From: Adineta vaga
Lineage: Eukaryota > Animalia > Rotifera
Assembly: GCA_021613535.1 (NCBI GenBank)
Contig: CP075495.1
Span: forward strand, 5,952,001-6,016,000
DNA: 64,000 nt
Direction: 5' to 3'
Below the pieces are notes generated by a model. The model was not told the DNA's origin, did not search any database, and saw only the letters and a list, made by a program, of their open reading frames with translations. Below, piece after piece: positions 50,784 to 64,000 of the stretch (position 1 is the stretch's first letter; every line of letters starts with the position of its first letter). Both the position numbers and the translations under genes were made by a program.

Positions 50784-51886
50784 GAAAGTATTCGTTTGAT
50801 TTACTTTTTGTATTTATCTTGAGGGATAGGTGGTGGAACGCCCATTTCTCCAGGTTCTTCCACAAAGACTGGATCACCAATTTTACCGGATAGTTCACCG
50901 GATTGACCTTTGGGTAAGGTGGGTAAAGCATCTTTGACAGTTTCTTTGACAATATGTGTTGCATCTTGAACTTGTTCTTTAGCATGTGCTAAATTCTTTT
51001 TCAATCCTGCTGTATCGGGTAATGCATCACGAACTGTATGAACAGCATCTTTAACCTGAAAATAACGTATAAAACAACAAAAGTTGATTGATGTTCATCG
51101 AAGAAGCAATATAAAAATTTTTACCTGATCAGTAGCTTCAGTAACAATGCCTTTAATTTTACTTTGATCTGTTAATTTATCTGATGCCTTATTAATCGCA
51201 TCTTTAGCCTGTTCACCAGCTTTTTTTAATGTATTTTTATCGGGTAATTTATCCAAAACATTGTTGGTTGTATCTTTGACTTGTTCTCCAAGTTTTTTAA
51301 TTTGATCTTTAGCCGATATTTTATCTTTGACATAAGCGAGATCAGGTAATTTGTCTGTTATAACTTTCGTTATTGGTTTTTGTCGTCCTAAAATAGGATC
51401 AATCACTTGATCAATACCACCTAAAACTGTTGAAGTATATGGAATGGTCGATTCAAGTTGACGACGAAACGAATCATTTTCATATTCAGCATAGACTAAT
51501 GTTGCTGCAACACCAAGAGTAACACCATAGATAATAGTTTTAACTATTGAGCTAGTACTACTTCCAGACTTTCGACCAGAAGGCGGACTTGTGCTTTGTG
51601 ATGAAGGAGGTATATAAGAAGATGTTGGACTAGTCGTCGTTTTATATGGATTATTCGTTCGATCGATCGGTGCATTAAATGATGGTCTCGCTGCAGCTGT
51701 TTGTGTTTTCAATGTAGATGAAGGATTATTAATAGCATATTGAGTTGTATTTGAACCTGGTGTTGATTTTGTTGAAGCAGTTGTACCCGTACCAGGTGAA
51801 GCAGGCGTTTGTTGCCATCGCTTATTGACCAGAAGGAAGTTTAAAACTGATGGCTGAGAACGAGGCAAATGAGCTGCACGAAGCAT
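49267..51886 (-). CDS. IMMT: MICOS subunit Mic60/mitofilin (3 exons)
   Basis: Presequence, single TM (IIYGVTLGVAATLVYA) then ENDSFRRQLE..PY; DLQALLVHAHRRI; mitofilin domain LRERF..SYLQSLL..LSGEPRNVAQSWINDTR. Confidence 0.92.
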
Positions 51887-52035
51887 CGATTAAAACTAAT
51901 TTTGAATTAAAAATGCTATGTAAAAAAGTCTGAAACAAAGATGGAAAATTTTTGGAACAAAATCAATCGTTGGTTGACTGAAAAATAATAAACTTGGTGA
52001 CTTATTATTATTTTTCTCTACTCCCATACAAGCGA

Positions 52036-52046
52036 CGGCCATCTTG
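52036..52046 (-). promoter_or_regulatory. YY1/PHO-like motif near the Mic60 5' end
   Basis: CAAGATGGCCG on the minus strand, 150 bp upstream of the ATG. Confidence 0.5.
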
Positions 52047-53255
52047 AGATAGACTTAGACTTCTCCAATCATAATTTTGCTCATCAACTCAAACTTTCGT
52101 ATTATGACGAATAATCAACTTCAATAGTGTTTTTTCATATACAGTAAATAATTAGTTCACATTTTTAATACGAAAACATCAATATTCGAACATTATTTCA
52201 TCATAGATGTCACCAGACAAACATGCAAATGTACGAGTCGCTGGTGTGCGTATTATTCAATTTGCTATTATATTCATTACTAAATTCTATTTCATTGTTT
52301 TAGTATTGAAAGAATATCTGAGGTATTACTAATTAATCGATGGTCTTCGACAAAGTTTCTGATAATGAGAATTACCATTACATTTCTTTTTAACTTGAAA
52401 GTTAGTTCAATTATTTATTTTCTCAAAATAATATGCGATAAAATAAATAAAAGATCTTCTATTCCACTGAAATGCATAAAAAACGTTATGCGACTTAAGA
52501 TTGCGATGAAACATACATCGTCTATTAATCAATTCAAGAACATCATATCTATCGATTACTTCTCCAAAGACAATCTATTAATAAAGAAAGCGAGTTTATA
52601 TAATGAAAATGATAATAATTCGAAAAATACGTTTGGCTGATCTAACGATGAAGTTATTTCACCAGCTAGAACAAAGAAAAGTAAATGCTCTGATTATTTT
52701 ATTCTTAGAAAAGTTTTTACCTTCTAAATATTGCTTGGGAATCAAAACCCCGTCGTCCTGTGCAAATTGATCGAGAATAAACTAAAAAGAAAATATCAAA
52801 TAAATAACTAATTTAACATCATTAGAGAACAAAACTGTTTTCGTTATTTCTAAACAATATCATATCTTAATGACATCGATTACTAGAGCATAGTTTAATT
52901 CCTTTTTTGCTTTTCGTCATTAAAAACTACATAACTTGCGAGAGATTCGAATAAAATCAATGAACAACAACTTACCAAATGTTAGTGGTGCTGTGTCATC
53001 GAGTAGCTAGAAAAATATACGAAACATCGTAGAAGTGTTTTTCAAACAAGTATATCCACATATCTTGATGACTATCGCATTGAACGATTTTCCATTGATT
53101 TGAATGCCAAGATAACAGTATTTAGTTTGTTAAACCTGAAGCATGCATTTTTCAATAACGATATGAGATTAAGCAAATTCTGAAACACTTACTACTGAAA
53201 TATTTATGTATTTCATCATTCTTATCTTTCAGCATGATTCCGAGTTTTTCTTATC

Positions 53256-53529
53256 CCAGCTCGGTCGTTCCGACCTGCGGAACCGACTGAAACTATGGGG
53301 AAAATTCTGATTTTTCGGCACAATTCACCAGGATCCATTCAAAATCCGCCTAAATACCGTACTGCGAAACCTACCATATTCCAACGGCAGAAATTCTCAG
53401 GAAACATCGTTTTCCTGTAGAACAGAACTGACTTTTCGACAATAACTCACTTCATAAATGATGAAAAATCATATTTTGGAAGTTTTTTGGATCCACAAGT
53501 TCTCATCCGTTTCCGACCGGCCGATCTGG
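53256..53529. mobile_element. Putative degenerate MITE (~274 bp)
   Basis: GC-richer non-coding island with imperfect 18-bp inverted ends (ccagctcggtcgttccga vs reverse complement ccagatcggccggtcgga; 14/18). No clear target-site duplication. Confidence 0.45.
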
Positions 53530-54629
53530 TAATTTCTATCAGCATTTTTTTAATTTCATTAGCTGTTGTATCTAATTCAACTTCATTGACAATGAATGGT
53601 GGTGGTGAAAATGACGAAGGTAAACTTTTCTATAAAGAATATAAAAACAACATAGTTCGATCAGAGATGCTTAATCTATTTGTCTATTTAGGCGCGCGTT
53701 GAGGAGAACTGACTGTCTCTGAGAAAGTTTTTGATCGTATTGTTGAATAAAAACGTATTTTTCAGTTTTTTTCTTAGCGATAAGTTTTGTAAAAAAATCA
53801 TTCGCACACGTGCAAATTCTACACTTCTCTATACTCGAAACTGTTTTTTTCTTCGAGTGACTGTTATCTTATATGAGGACTACTTCTTTTCATTGAAATA
53901 TATAATGTAAAACGTTTTCTATTAGAAATTTACTGGATAATGAAATATTTTATTTGTGGGGAAATTTTCTGAATGAATTCTTTCGCTTTGGAAGTTTTTC
54001 CATTTTAATGACAATAATTCATATAAATTAACATTATGCTATGTTACCTCGCAGAATTAATTGAAGTATGAGAAGTCAATTACTTGCAATATCCTTATCG
54101 CTATTCGAATCGATCATTTCAACCGTATGATTATGATCAGCTGGTAAAAAACTGTTTGATTCAGATGTTGATACGTTGTCTATATATGAAAATAATTCCC
54201 GGTCTATCGATCTCGCCTTTCGATTTTGCTGTACGCCAGACAAGAAATGAAGATAAAAGATAAGAAATATAGAAACATCGATCCTTACTCATTCATAATT
54301 ATAAACAAGATTGAAGTCACCATTCATTCTAGATGAGCGCTAAGAAAAAATCCTTTGTTTGACATAGATGTTTAATGAACTAATAACAAAATTCACAAAA
54401 CCGTGACTGACATTTTACTTCATGGTGACATCTATTTTGAAAATCGAAACATGAAACATATAGCAGTGTATAATTTTAACTGTACTATATGAACTAGTGT
54501 TGAGATTATGTGTTCTGACTTTCTTAATCATTGTGAACAAATTGAAGACCAATAGTTTTGATAGATAAAGGCTCTCTCTACAATACCAAACACTTTTTTC
54601 TCTTGAGTTAAATTTTACTGAGAAACTTT

Positions 54630-55540
54630 TCTAGTCACGTTTTGCAATATAATGGGCAGCAAGAGCTATACAAAATGAAGTCCATATTTATATTCACAAG
54701 ATCTACATAAATAAATGATCAATAGATTAACATTAACATCCTATTATCTTTCTCGTGACGACGACTTCGATTAGAAGCAATTATTATTATTATCATTATA
54801 TTTAGCGTGCTCACGTGTGAAGCTAGTTTTCAGGTTATAATGGAAGGTGTTCGTTCTGTTGTTGAAGATATTAGTTATTTTCGAAATGTAAGTGACTATG
54901 TATATGAAAAACTTTCGGTTGATATTAATCCAGCAGCAATATCAATTATGTTTATAACAGTTGATAAATTCTTTTATTTCCTAAAATGTAACTACAAACT
55001 TTGTCTTCTATGGAAGTAATTAAAATTGTTTTGATGATGTTATGCTATCGTGTTTCGACACCTATCATGTCGGCACTTGCTGCTGATCATCGAAATGATA
55101 TTGTAGCAATATTAGCAGCATTAATATTTAGGATTATTGGTGAGATTAGTGAAGATGAAGACAACACTTTATCTCCTTATCGGCTCTAAAGCTATAGATG
55201 GTAAAATTAAACCAAGAGGACTTTCACTAATTGATCTAGTTCGTTAGTAACTAACAGCATAATTTGTTGGATTCCGCAAGTTCTTGATCAGTATCTTCAC
55301 AGTTTTCTCTTTATCAATTTCTGCTGAGTATTTATATTTTTCTTTCTAGTCCATATTCGTAATTTAACTGGTTATACTGCACCTTGTCATTTTCTTCAAC
55401 AATTAACTTGAATCGCATTTCATCATTTACATTTTCTACGCAAAATCGATCCCGTTCGTGCGTATTATTTTGTTACACATTTTCTTGCTAGAAATCAACT
55501 CGAACAAAAATTAGAAGCATTACTATAGATGTTGAACGTG
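54630..55540 (+). pseudogene. Decayed cation diffusion facilitator (Mn-CDF/MTP8-11-like)
   Basis: Fragments RRRLEAII, ALAADHRNDI, LTGYTAPCHFLQQLT*IAFHH, KIDPVRAYYF. In-frame stop, frameshifts, and the VEVDIVLP segment appears to be missing. Confidence 0.7.
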
Positions 55541-55873
55541 ATTTCTTTTATCAAATTGTGAAAATACAAATACGAATACTAATAACTGCAATGAAATTAA
55601 TGATCAAGATTATCAATTGATTACAGCTGTCTAATGACGCCAGCCAAGGTTGTTCAAATAAATACATATTTTTACGTCGAATTTTCCCCACTCGCTAATA
55701 TATTAGTAGTACAAGGTCTTACTTTTAACTGATTCTTACGCTTGATTAAATATGACCATTTTATTGTATCAGTTTACTTTTTTCGTCATTCATGTTTACT
55801 CAACAAGGGTCTTTATTTTTTAGAAAAAATTTCTGTTTCTCTCTATTTGGATAACATCAATAGTAACAAATAT

Positions 55874-57733
55874 ATGAATACAGAAGTATCAAATTCGAAT
55901 GATTTGGCATTGGATGCGATTGATATAAAGAAAACTTCGGATGATATTGAACCAACCGCAGAAGAGCTCAACACTTTAGAACACATTTCTGATCGTCTTC
56001 CCTTAGTTGCATGGTTAATTGTTCTATGTGAATTATGTGAACGTTTTGCATACTATGGTATATCAGGACCATTTCAAAATTATATTCAATTTCCAGTACC
56101 TGGTCCTAATGATACACAACCAGGTGCACTTGATCGTGGTCATCAAACAGCTACATTATTGACCACATTCTTTCAATTTTTCTGTTATTTAACACCCATT
56201 GCTGGTGCGATTATTGCTGATCAATTTTGGGGCAAATACAAAACAATATGTGTAGCATGTATGATCTATATTATGGGTCTTCTGATACTTGTTTTAACAA
56301 GTATACCAAATTCAATCAAAACTGGTTTTGCTTTGCCAGGTCTTGTAATTGCTATGATTGTCATAGGAATTGGAACAGGTGGTGTAAAAAGCAATGTTAG
56401 TCCATTGATGGCTGATCAATATACAAGAAAAACACCAATAATTAAAGGTACAATGAATAGTTTTAAAAAAGATATGACGAGTATACAACATCTTTTTTTT
56501 ATCTCCATTTTAGAAATTCGTGGTAAAAAGAAAATAATCGATCCAAAAATGTAATTAAATCTCTAATCTATTTCACATTTCATAAACGAATATGTATATA
56601 TATATATATATATTTCTCATAGAACTATGCAATCTTTATTTAATTGGTTTTATTGGGCTATTAATTTAGGTGCATTATCATCGATTCTAACGACTAGTAT
56701 TGAAAAACATCATTCATTTTGGTTAGCATATCTTATTCCATTGATTGTCTTCATTGGTTCAATCGTTATTCTATTAATTGGACGACATAAATACATTCGT
56801 GTACAACCAACTGGTTCATTACTTGTTCAAGCATTTCATGTAATTAGAACAGCACTGCAAATGCGTCGAAAATTAGGTCGACAAGATCATATCAAACATT
56901 TTTTAGATTATGCAAAAGAAATTCCGTCATCGACTAGATATGAAGAAACAGAAACGAACATGAATCAATTTATCGAAGATTTGAAACAAATCATTCGTAT
57001 ATGTCGAGTATTTGCATTCTATCCATTTTATGTCATTTGTTATAATCAATTAACAGGAAATTTAATATCACAAGCAGCACAAATGAATGTTGGTAAGAAG
57101 TTTTCCTATTCGAAAAAGAAAATATCAATTTTCATCTGAATTTTTATCAATTTAGGTTCATTGCCTAATGATATTCTACTAAATATTGATCCACTTGTGT
57201 TAATTATATTTATTCCAATATTTGAAAAAATTATCTATCCGTCACTAAGACGATATCGTATCAATTTTAAACCTATGTTTCGTATTACTTGTGGATTTAT
57301 CTTTGCATCGCTTTCAATGGCATGGACAGCTTTTGTCCAACATTTAATTTATTCAACTGGACCAAATTATTCCTTCACTGCAAAACCTTGTTCAACATGT
57401 CAAAAACATAATAATATCAGTGTTGCTTGGCAAATTCCATCCTATTTTTTAATAGCTGTCTCAGAAATCTTTGCACAAATTACAGGTTTAGAATATGCCT
57501 ATACGCATGCACCAGTATCAATGAAATCAATCATACTCTCATTGTTTTTATTAACATCAGCGATTGGTAGTGCATTGAATTTTGCACTTCTACCAATTAC
57601 AGTTGATCCAAAATTAATATGGATGTATACATCATTAGCAATAGTTGCATTCGTAATTGGCATTATATTTTATATAGTCTTTCGTCATGAAGATACACCA
57701 AACGAGTCAGTAGAATCGACAGTATCAACTTAA
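55874..57733 (+). CDS. POT/PTR-family di/tripeptide transporter, fungal Ptr2-like (3 short introns)
   Basis: PTAEELNTLEHISDRLP, ExxER motif ELCERFAYYG-ISGPFQNYIQ, GTGGVKSNVSP, WFYWAINLG, PNDILLNIDP, WQIPSY..ITGLEYAYTHAP. Confidence 0.92.
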
Positions 57734-57901
57734 TTTGATTTGTTTCATGAGTAATGTAATTTTTGTTGAATTAAAACTTCTGTCAAGAAAAAAAACGAAT
57801 GTCTGTTTCCTATTTGAACGATTAGAAAACGATGTTTATAATTAAAACACACATCATAAACACTTTTTTTTAAATTAAACTAGAAAACAAACAGAATTTT
57901 A

Positions 57902-60900
57902 CTAAAAACCATAATTCCATTTTGCTTCTTGTGCTACTTGTCTTACAGTATAGCAAATAATTTGGTCACCTTTTTGAAATTTAATGTCATGATTTGCAAA
58001 TGACAAACCGCATTCAGCACCTTTCCTTACTGATTGTACATCATCACGAACATGTTTCAATGATGATAAAGTATCTATTCAAAGAAAATAATTTTAGTTT
58101 TTTTCTACAAAATAAAGTAAAAAAAGTAATTTATTTGTACCTCGGTGAATAATTTGTCCATTACGAATGAGTTTAAATAATTGTTTTTTTTCTAAAATAC
58201 CATCTGTAACACGACAACCAGCAACAGGAATCTTCTTATTACGTTCATTGATATCAAATGTTTGTAAAACATCAGCACAACCGGTTTGAACATCTTCTTC
58301 TGTTGATGGAATACGTTTTGTTAATTCATCTTTGATATCATTTAACATATGATAAATAACATTAAATGTACGAATAGGAACATGTTTTCGACTAGCTTCA
58401 AGTGCTATTGTTTGATTAATATTTGTATTAAATGCATAGATTGTAGCTACGAAGAAAAACTAACAAAGTTTAGTTCAAGATGATTGATTTATGTAATTAA
58501 AAGCATTGAAGTAGAATTATTTCGTATTAATCATGGATGATGTGATACTTTAAGGGTTGATTTAATCCATGTGTCAAGATATACATCGATTGAATTATTC
58601 CTATAGAAGTAATCAACCAATTTATTCTTAATTTTATCATCTATCTTTATTCGTGAATGAGTTCTATTAGACTATACAAACCATTGAAAAGTTCAGCTGC
58701 TTCTAAATCATCTTCATTAACAGAACCAACAGCAGCATCAATTACATCCAATGGACATCGCGTATCATTGTACATATTAATAATCTTTGTTAATGCTTCC
58801 AAAGTACCAAAAACATCCGCTACAATAGATTTGAGATTGTACATCATTGGATTAATTAACTATATATGTCAACTTACTTTTAAGTAAAATAGAATATTTT
58901 AGTTTTTCTTCTTTATCTTCTATATGTTGACCTGAACCTTTATCACGTTTACGAAATATAATACCTAATTCTCGACGACGTTGAAGTTCTGCGCTATAAG
59001 AACAAAAGCAAGAACTTTTCTTCATTCAGTAAATATTTTCTGTTTCCTAACCGATATTTTTGTAAATGTTCTTCATGTTTTTGTGTTACAGCAACAACAT
59101 CAATTTCCATTTTCTTTGCAGTTTCATCTGCTTTACGTTGAGTCGCAATTCGATTAGCTAAATTCTATTTCAATTACAAAGAAAAACATTTTTCTTCTAT
59201 GTAACATACGAAAGAATCGAATCTTACTTCACTTTCAATTTCAAAGACTTCATCACCAGCAACTGGTAGCGTTTTCCATCCTGTTACTTGTACCGGCATA
59301 CTTAAAGTTGCTCGTTCGATTCGAACACCACGTTCATTATATAAAGCACGAACCTTAATGAATAGAAACGATTGAATCGTTAGAACAAACATTAATCGTC
59401 TCGAGATAAAACATACTCTTGCAACACTTTGACCAGCAAGTAGAATTGTACCTTTTTTCAAAACGCCACGTTGAACAAGAACAGTCGCAAGATTTCTGCA
59501 GAAGAAAAATAAACAACCGATAGATATCATATCGACCGATAAGTTCTTACCATCCAAGGTTCGCTCACCCCTTCCGTTGATTGCTATCGAATGTATTCTC
59601 ATTCTCTTCTGTATCTTCTTCATGTTTAGATTCGAGTATAGTACCTTCAACCGGACCAGTTGGATCACCATGCAATTGTTGTTGTTCAGCAACAGCTAAG
59701 ATGGATTCCAGTAATTTATCAATATTAATATTCTATAAAATACAATTTTATTAAAAAACAAAAAAGGAACGTTAGATTTAAATCTTTACTTTCAATGCTG
59801 AAATCGGTACACCAACAACATCACCACCAATGGATTCAAGTTGAATTCCATGTTCGGCAAGCATACTTTCCGTTCGTTTCTGCAATAGATACAAAACAAA
59901 CTATCAAACATAGAACTATTTTGATTTGTTTATCTTACGATGTTTGAATCAGCTTTATCAATTTTATTGATAGCAACAACAATCGGAACTAAACAGATTT
60001 GTTGTAAATTTCTTGTTCGAATGAAATAAGTCACGTATTACCTTTTGCTCTATTTGCATGCGCAATACTTTCTAATGTTTGAGGCATAACACCGTCGTCT
60101 GCAGCAACAACAAGAACAACGATATCTGTGACTTGGGCACCACGAGCACGCATTTCTGCAAAAGCTAAATGTCCAGGTGTATCAATAAATGTAATAGTCA
60201 TCGATTTGGATACAGGGACTAAAATAGGATTGAACAGTATAAAATACATCATATTACAGGATCATCAAACTAACCAATAAAGGCACCAATATGTTGTGTT
60301 ATTCCTCCAAATTCTCCTGAAACAATATTACTATTTCTTAATGCATCTAACAGACTAGTTTTTCCATGATCGACATGACCCATAATTGTAACAACAGGTG
60401 ATCGAGGTTTCAATTTCTCTTTCGATGGCATAGGTCTATCGAGAAATAAATACTTTCATTATTCTCTTTTCGAATCTAATGAAGTATAAACATACGTTCG
60501 AACAAATTTGACAACATTTGCTGTCCCCTTCTTTTTATCATTGGCAAATGGTGATGGAATAAGTCGATGTTTTCCACCACATAAATGCACAACTTCAACA
60601 ATAACATTAAAATCATCAATTTCTAAAATATAATCATATGATTAAAAAGATTCGAATCGACCTAAACTTCACAAACCTTGATTATCAGATGAATATTGAT
60701 CACCATTTTTTATATGAATAAGACAATCATATATATGATCTAGTGATAATATTTTCAATAGAATATCAATAAGGAAAAGAAGACGAATGAAAACATACCA
60801 ACATCAATACCCATTGCTTGAGCAAGTGCTTTGATTGTCATTTTATGATAGATTTCTATTATTGGTCGTTTACTTTTTGGACCATAAGATACTGGCTAAA

Positions 60901-61160
60901 TATAGAGAATGATGACCGTTATCGAGAGAGTATGGGTGTGATATATGTTTACAAACTTGATATTTTTTATTAGTCTTAGTAGATTTGGAATGAAAACGTA
61001 TAGAATAGACAGATACATGGGACGATGTTCGAGGTAAGAGAGTAAACATATTTCTGCGCTGTTGGTTTACATGGAACAAATTAAGAGGAGAAGTAGTTAG
61101 TCGTTGTTGGCAGGAACGACATAGCGTCATAGTCGATTTGAATAGAAATCGACCGATCAT
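57902..61160 (-). CDS. MTIF2: Mitochondrial translation initiation factor 2 (multi-exon)
   Basis: Presequence; [62 protein letters not shown]. Confidence 0.93.
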
Positions 61161-61939
61161 TTTATCTAAAATAGATTCATTGAATACTTAGTTGCCATGC
61201 TATCTTACACAAACTGTACACTATTCGTCACACTAGAGTTTATTTGACTTCTCTTATATTTAATCATAATAACATAGTACTGTGTATAGTTTTATCGATT
61301 ATCAGTTTAACAATACAATCTAACTGAAAAATACACGAACATCTTTGTTTCATTCATCTGCAAAAGTAATAAATCTCTAATGGAAGAAAAGATTAATAAA
61401 AATGATCGTTTTTATTCTTTCTATGGAATGAATTGTATTTTATTGATTTTTATTGAGTATATATAGAGATACACTATAGAACTATACAAATACAGAAAAA
61501 AAAGAAAGAAGAATAACAAGGTAAATAGTCAATCAATCAATCAATTAGTTAATAAATCGAGAAAAGAAAAGCAGAGAAGTAGAAGCAAATATGATTTGAT
61601 TAGATGAAAATAGAACAAGTTTTTTGATTGTGCTGAGAAAGTTCACAACGTCGTTAATTAAAAGATATTCTTTCTCAGAAATATATACTTTGAGAATGAA
61701 AAAAAGAGAAAAAAAAATAATCACCATCCGCAAATAAGAATAGAGTATTGGATTTTTTTTGACATATTAAATTAACAAGACAATGGAATGTGATTATTCG
61801 CTTTTTTTCATTAGAGTGAAGTATAAAACACTGTTGAGCTAATGCGAAAAGAAACGAAACGTTCTTTTTTTTTTATTTCATGCATATTGATTATAGTCTA
61901 TTGAATTAGGTAACACGCGCACACGTACACACATACATA

Positions 61940-61956
61940 CACACACACACACACAC
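61940..61956. repeat. (CA)n microsatellite
   Basis: acacac run downstream of the coiled-coil gene stop. Confidence 0.85.
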
Positions 61957-62023
61957 TCATACATATCTACAAGTAGATTATTTGATCGTAAGAAATTGTT
62001 TTGCGGTTTTTCATTTCAAATTA

Positions 62024-64000
62024 TTAAACTTCACTTTGAGTTTGTAATGGATGTGAGGACGGACGGCTTTTTAATGATATCGTTTCAGTACCATTGATAC
62101 TTGCTACATCTTCACTATAACTAAATATTGACAAAAAAAAGTTATTATTTTTCTTTCAAAAAAGGTTCTTTGTACCTAGTATCCGACATTTGTTCCAAAT
62201 CATTGTCAGCATTAATTAATGCTTCATTATAACGTTGAATACGATAAGTTGTTGCTTCCATTTTTTGTTTAACAATTAATAATTCTTGTTCAACAATATC
62301 TTTATCTTTTTCCGTTAAATTCAAACGTTTCTCTAAATCCATAATTCTTAATTGTAAAATTTCACATTCATCTTTATTATCACGATTCAATCGATCAGCT
62401 AATTTCATTTGGTCATCAGCACGTTTGACTTTTTCATCCATATAAGATAATTCCGATTGTAATTGTTTGATATTATCTTGTAAACGTGCCAATTGTCGTT
62501 CACAATGTTCACGTTTAGCAACTTCATAATCATATTGTAATGTTAAAACACGATTGGATGAATTTAATTTTTCTAATTCATTTTTATCCACTAAAGATAT
62601 TTGTTTTAATTCAAGTTTTTCTTCAAGAAAAACACACTAGAAAGAAAAGATTCACATCGTTAAATTTGTTTATCGTAGAAGAATACATTTCATCATCATC
62701 ATCAAGAGCAATCGTGCATTGAATACATGCATGTCAGTATAGGGATTTTAAAAAAAAGAATATATACAGAGTCATAGATGGTTTTCTGGCAAACTAACAG
62801 CGAAGATGTGTTGTTCTTTCAACCTACATTGTCACTGATGCTGCTTAGAATAAAAGAATAATGTTATCTAGAGAAACTGTATGATATAAGAAAAATAAAC
62901 TGATAGTTACTTTTTCTTTTAATTGACTATTTTCTTTTTCTATTTGTGCCATTGAATCATATAATTTACTCATTAATCCTTCATGTATTGCATACTAAAA
63001 CAAATGAATGTAGATAATAAAATAGAAATGATGTTAAGTCTTTGCTTTTTTTTAAATACATTTTTCACATGATTTTGATAATTTTGTAGAACGATACGAT
63101 TATGATCATTTAATTCTTCAATCGTTGCTCGTAATTCTTTATTTTCTCGTGTTATCATTGCATTTGCATCCTCAACCTAATTGAAAGAAATTATTAAATA
63201 TACAAATATCTTCGATACATTGAATGTTTCAATTCTACTTACAGATTTCTTTTGTGATTCAAGTGTAACGATTTCTTTTTCCAATTTTTCAACTTCATGC
63301 TTCAATGATTCTTTTGTTTTTTGTAATGTTTTGGTTTCCCATCCCATTTCACTGATATCTTTACGTAAATCGCTGATTAATGCATCTGATGAAAGAAGAT
63401 TATTTGTTGATAAATGCTTTGTTAAACAATTCTGCGATGAAAGTTCTCGTTGAGCTTCTTTGAGACGACTTCGAGTGCGGAATAATTCCCGGCGTAAATT
63501 AATTGAATCAACTAAATGAAAAAATATTTATGTTATGTCTATCTGCTTATATCCTATTTCTATTTCTTATCATTGAAACATTCTCTTCTCTTTTTTGATT
63601 TTACATGAAAAGGTTAATATTACTCAATGAGTTTTGTCTTGATTTCTTATTCAGTTTATTTTTTTGCCTTCATAAATCTCAAGATTCTATCGTGTTTGGA
63701 TCTTTTCGAAGTTTTTTTTGTCGATAATTACGTTCATCAGCTGAATCAATTCGTCTTATTGGTGTTGTTGATACGGAAGAATTCGAACGTGGTGCTGATG
63801 TTGGTGTTTGCATTGTACTTGTTTTTACGGCTAATTCATTAACTTCATTTGTTAATTCTGTAATACGTTGTTCTTTCGTTTTCAAGGTGATTGTCAAAGA
63901 TTTGACCTATATAAATAGATAGGAAAAAACGTAATTGAGTTTTTTTCTAACAAGGAGAACAAAATATGTTATCATACTTGTTGTTCGGTTTTTTTACATT
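62024..64000 (-). CDS. Coiled-coil protein 3' end, myosin-XVIII tail-like (5' part outside the window)
   Basis: Heptad-rich exons. VDK..RLQDNIKQL..RDNKDE..RIQRYNEAL resembles the remembered MYO18 tail (RLKENMEKL..RDTKEE..RIGDLQAAI). Ends QSEV*. Confidence 0.55.

Noticed and set aside
61191-61204. GTTGCCATGCTATC half X-box near the MTIF2 start
   Set aside because: The second half-site is poor and the gene is not ciliary.
1-64000. CRISPR arrays, rRNA/tRNA genes, prokaryotic defence operons
   Set aside because: The DNA is intron-rich and eukaryotic. No repeat-spacer array or structured RNA gene was recognisable by eye; tRNAscan-SE/Infernal would be needed to exclude small RNAs.

Overview
Eukaryotic, very AT-rich, gene-dense DNA with many short (mostly ~50-70 bp) GT-AG introns. 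Metazoan genes mixed with fungal-like and bacterial-like genes best fit a bdelloid rotifer (inference). Genes in order: 3' half of a divergent Slo/BK channel; two tandem VAMP R-SNAREs; DIP2; an intronless YeaK/ProXp-y-like tRNA deacylase; a neurogenin-like bHLH; a doublecortin-like kinase; a type II membrane trypsin-like protease; a 7-exon FN3-like gene largely missed by the ORF track; two tandem TRPM-like channels; a divergent full-length eEF2 paralog; a multi-VWC membrane protein; three co-oriented mitochondrial genes (ATP synthase d, NDUFB2, Mic60); a putative MITE; a Mn-CDF pseudogene; a fungal-type PTR2 transporter; mitochondrial IF2; and the 3' end of a myosin-XVIII-like coiled-coil gene. 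Top finding: the eEF2 paralog (39176-41849) keeps the diphthamide His but reads H-R-R-P-D instead of H-R-G-G-G. It therefore carries the equivalent of the classic toxin-resistance change G717R, plus G719D. It also has an altered eEF2K site and a promoter cluster of C/EBP-like motifs. The hypothesis is an inducible, toxin-proof backup elongation factor. Second finding: a 387-bp near-identical tract, intron included, covers the pore (S5-P-S6) of the two otherwise diverged TRPM paralogs. Gene models were spliced by eye, and family calls rest on remembered motifs rather than database searches.
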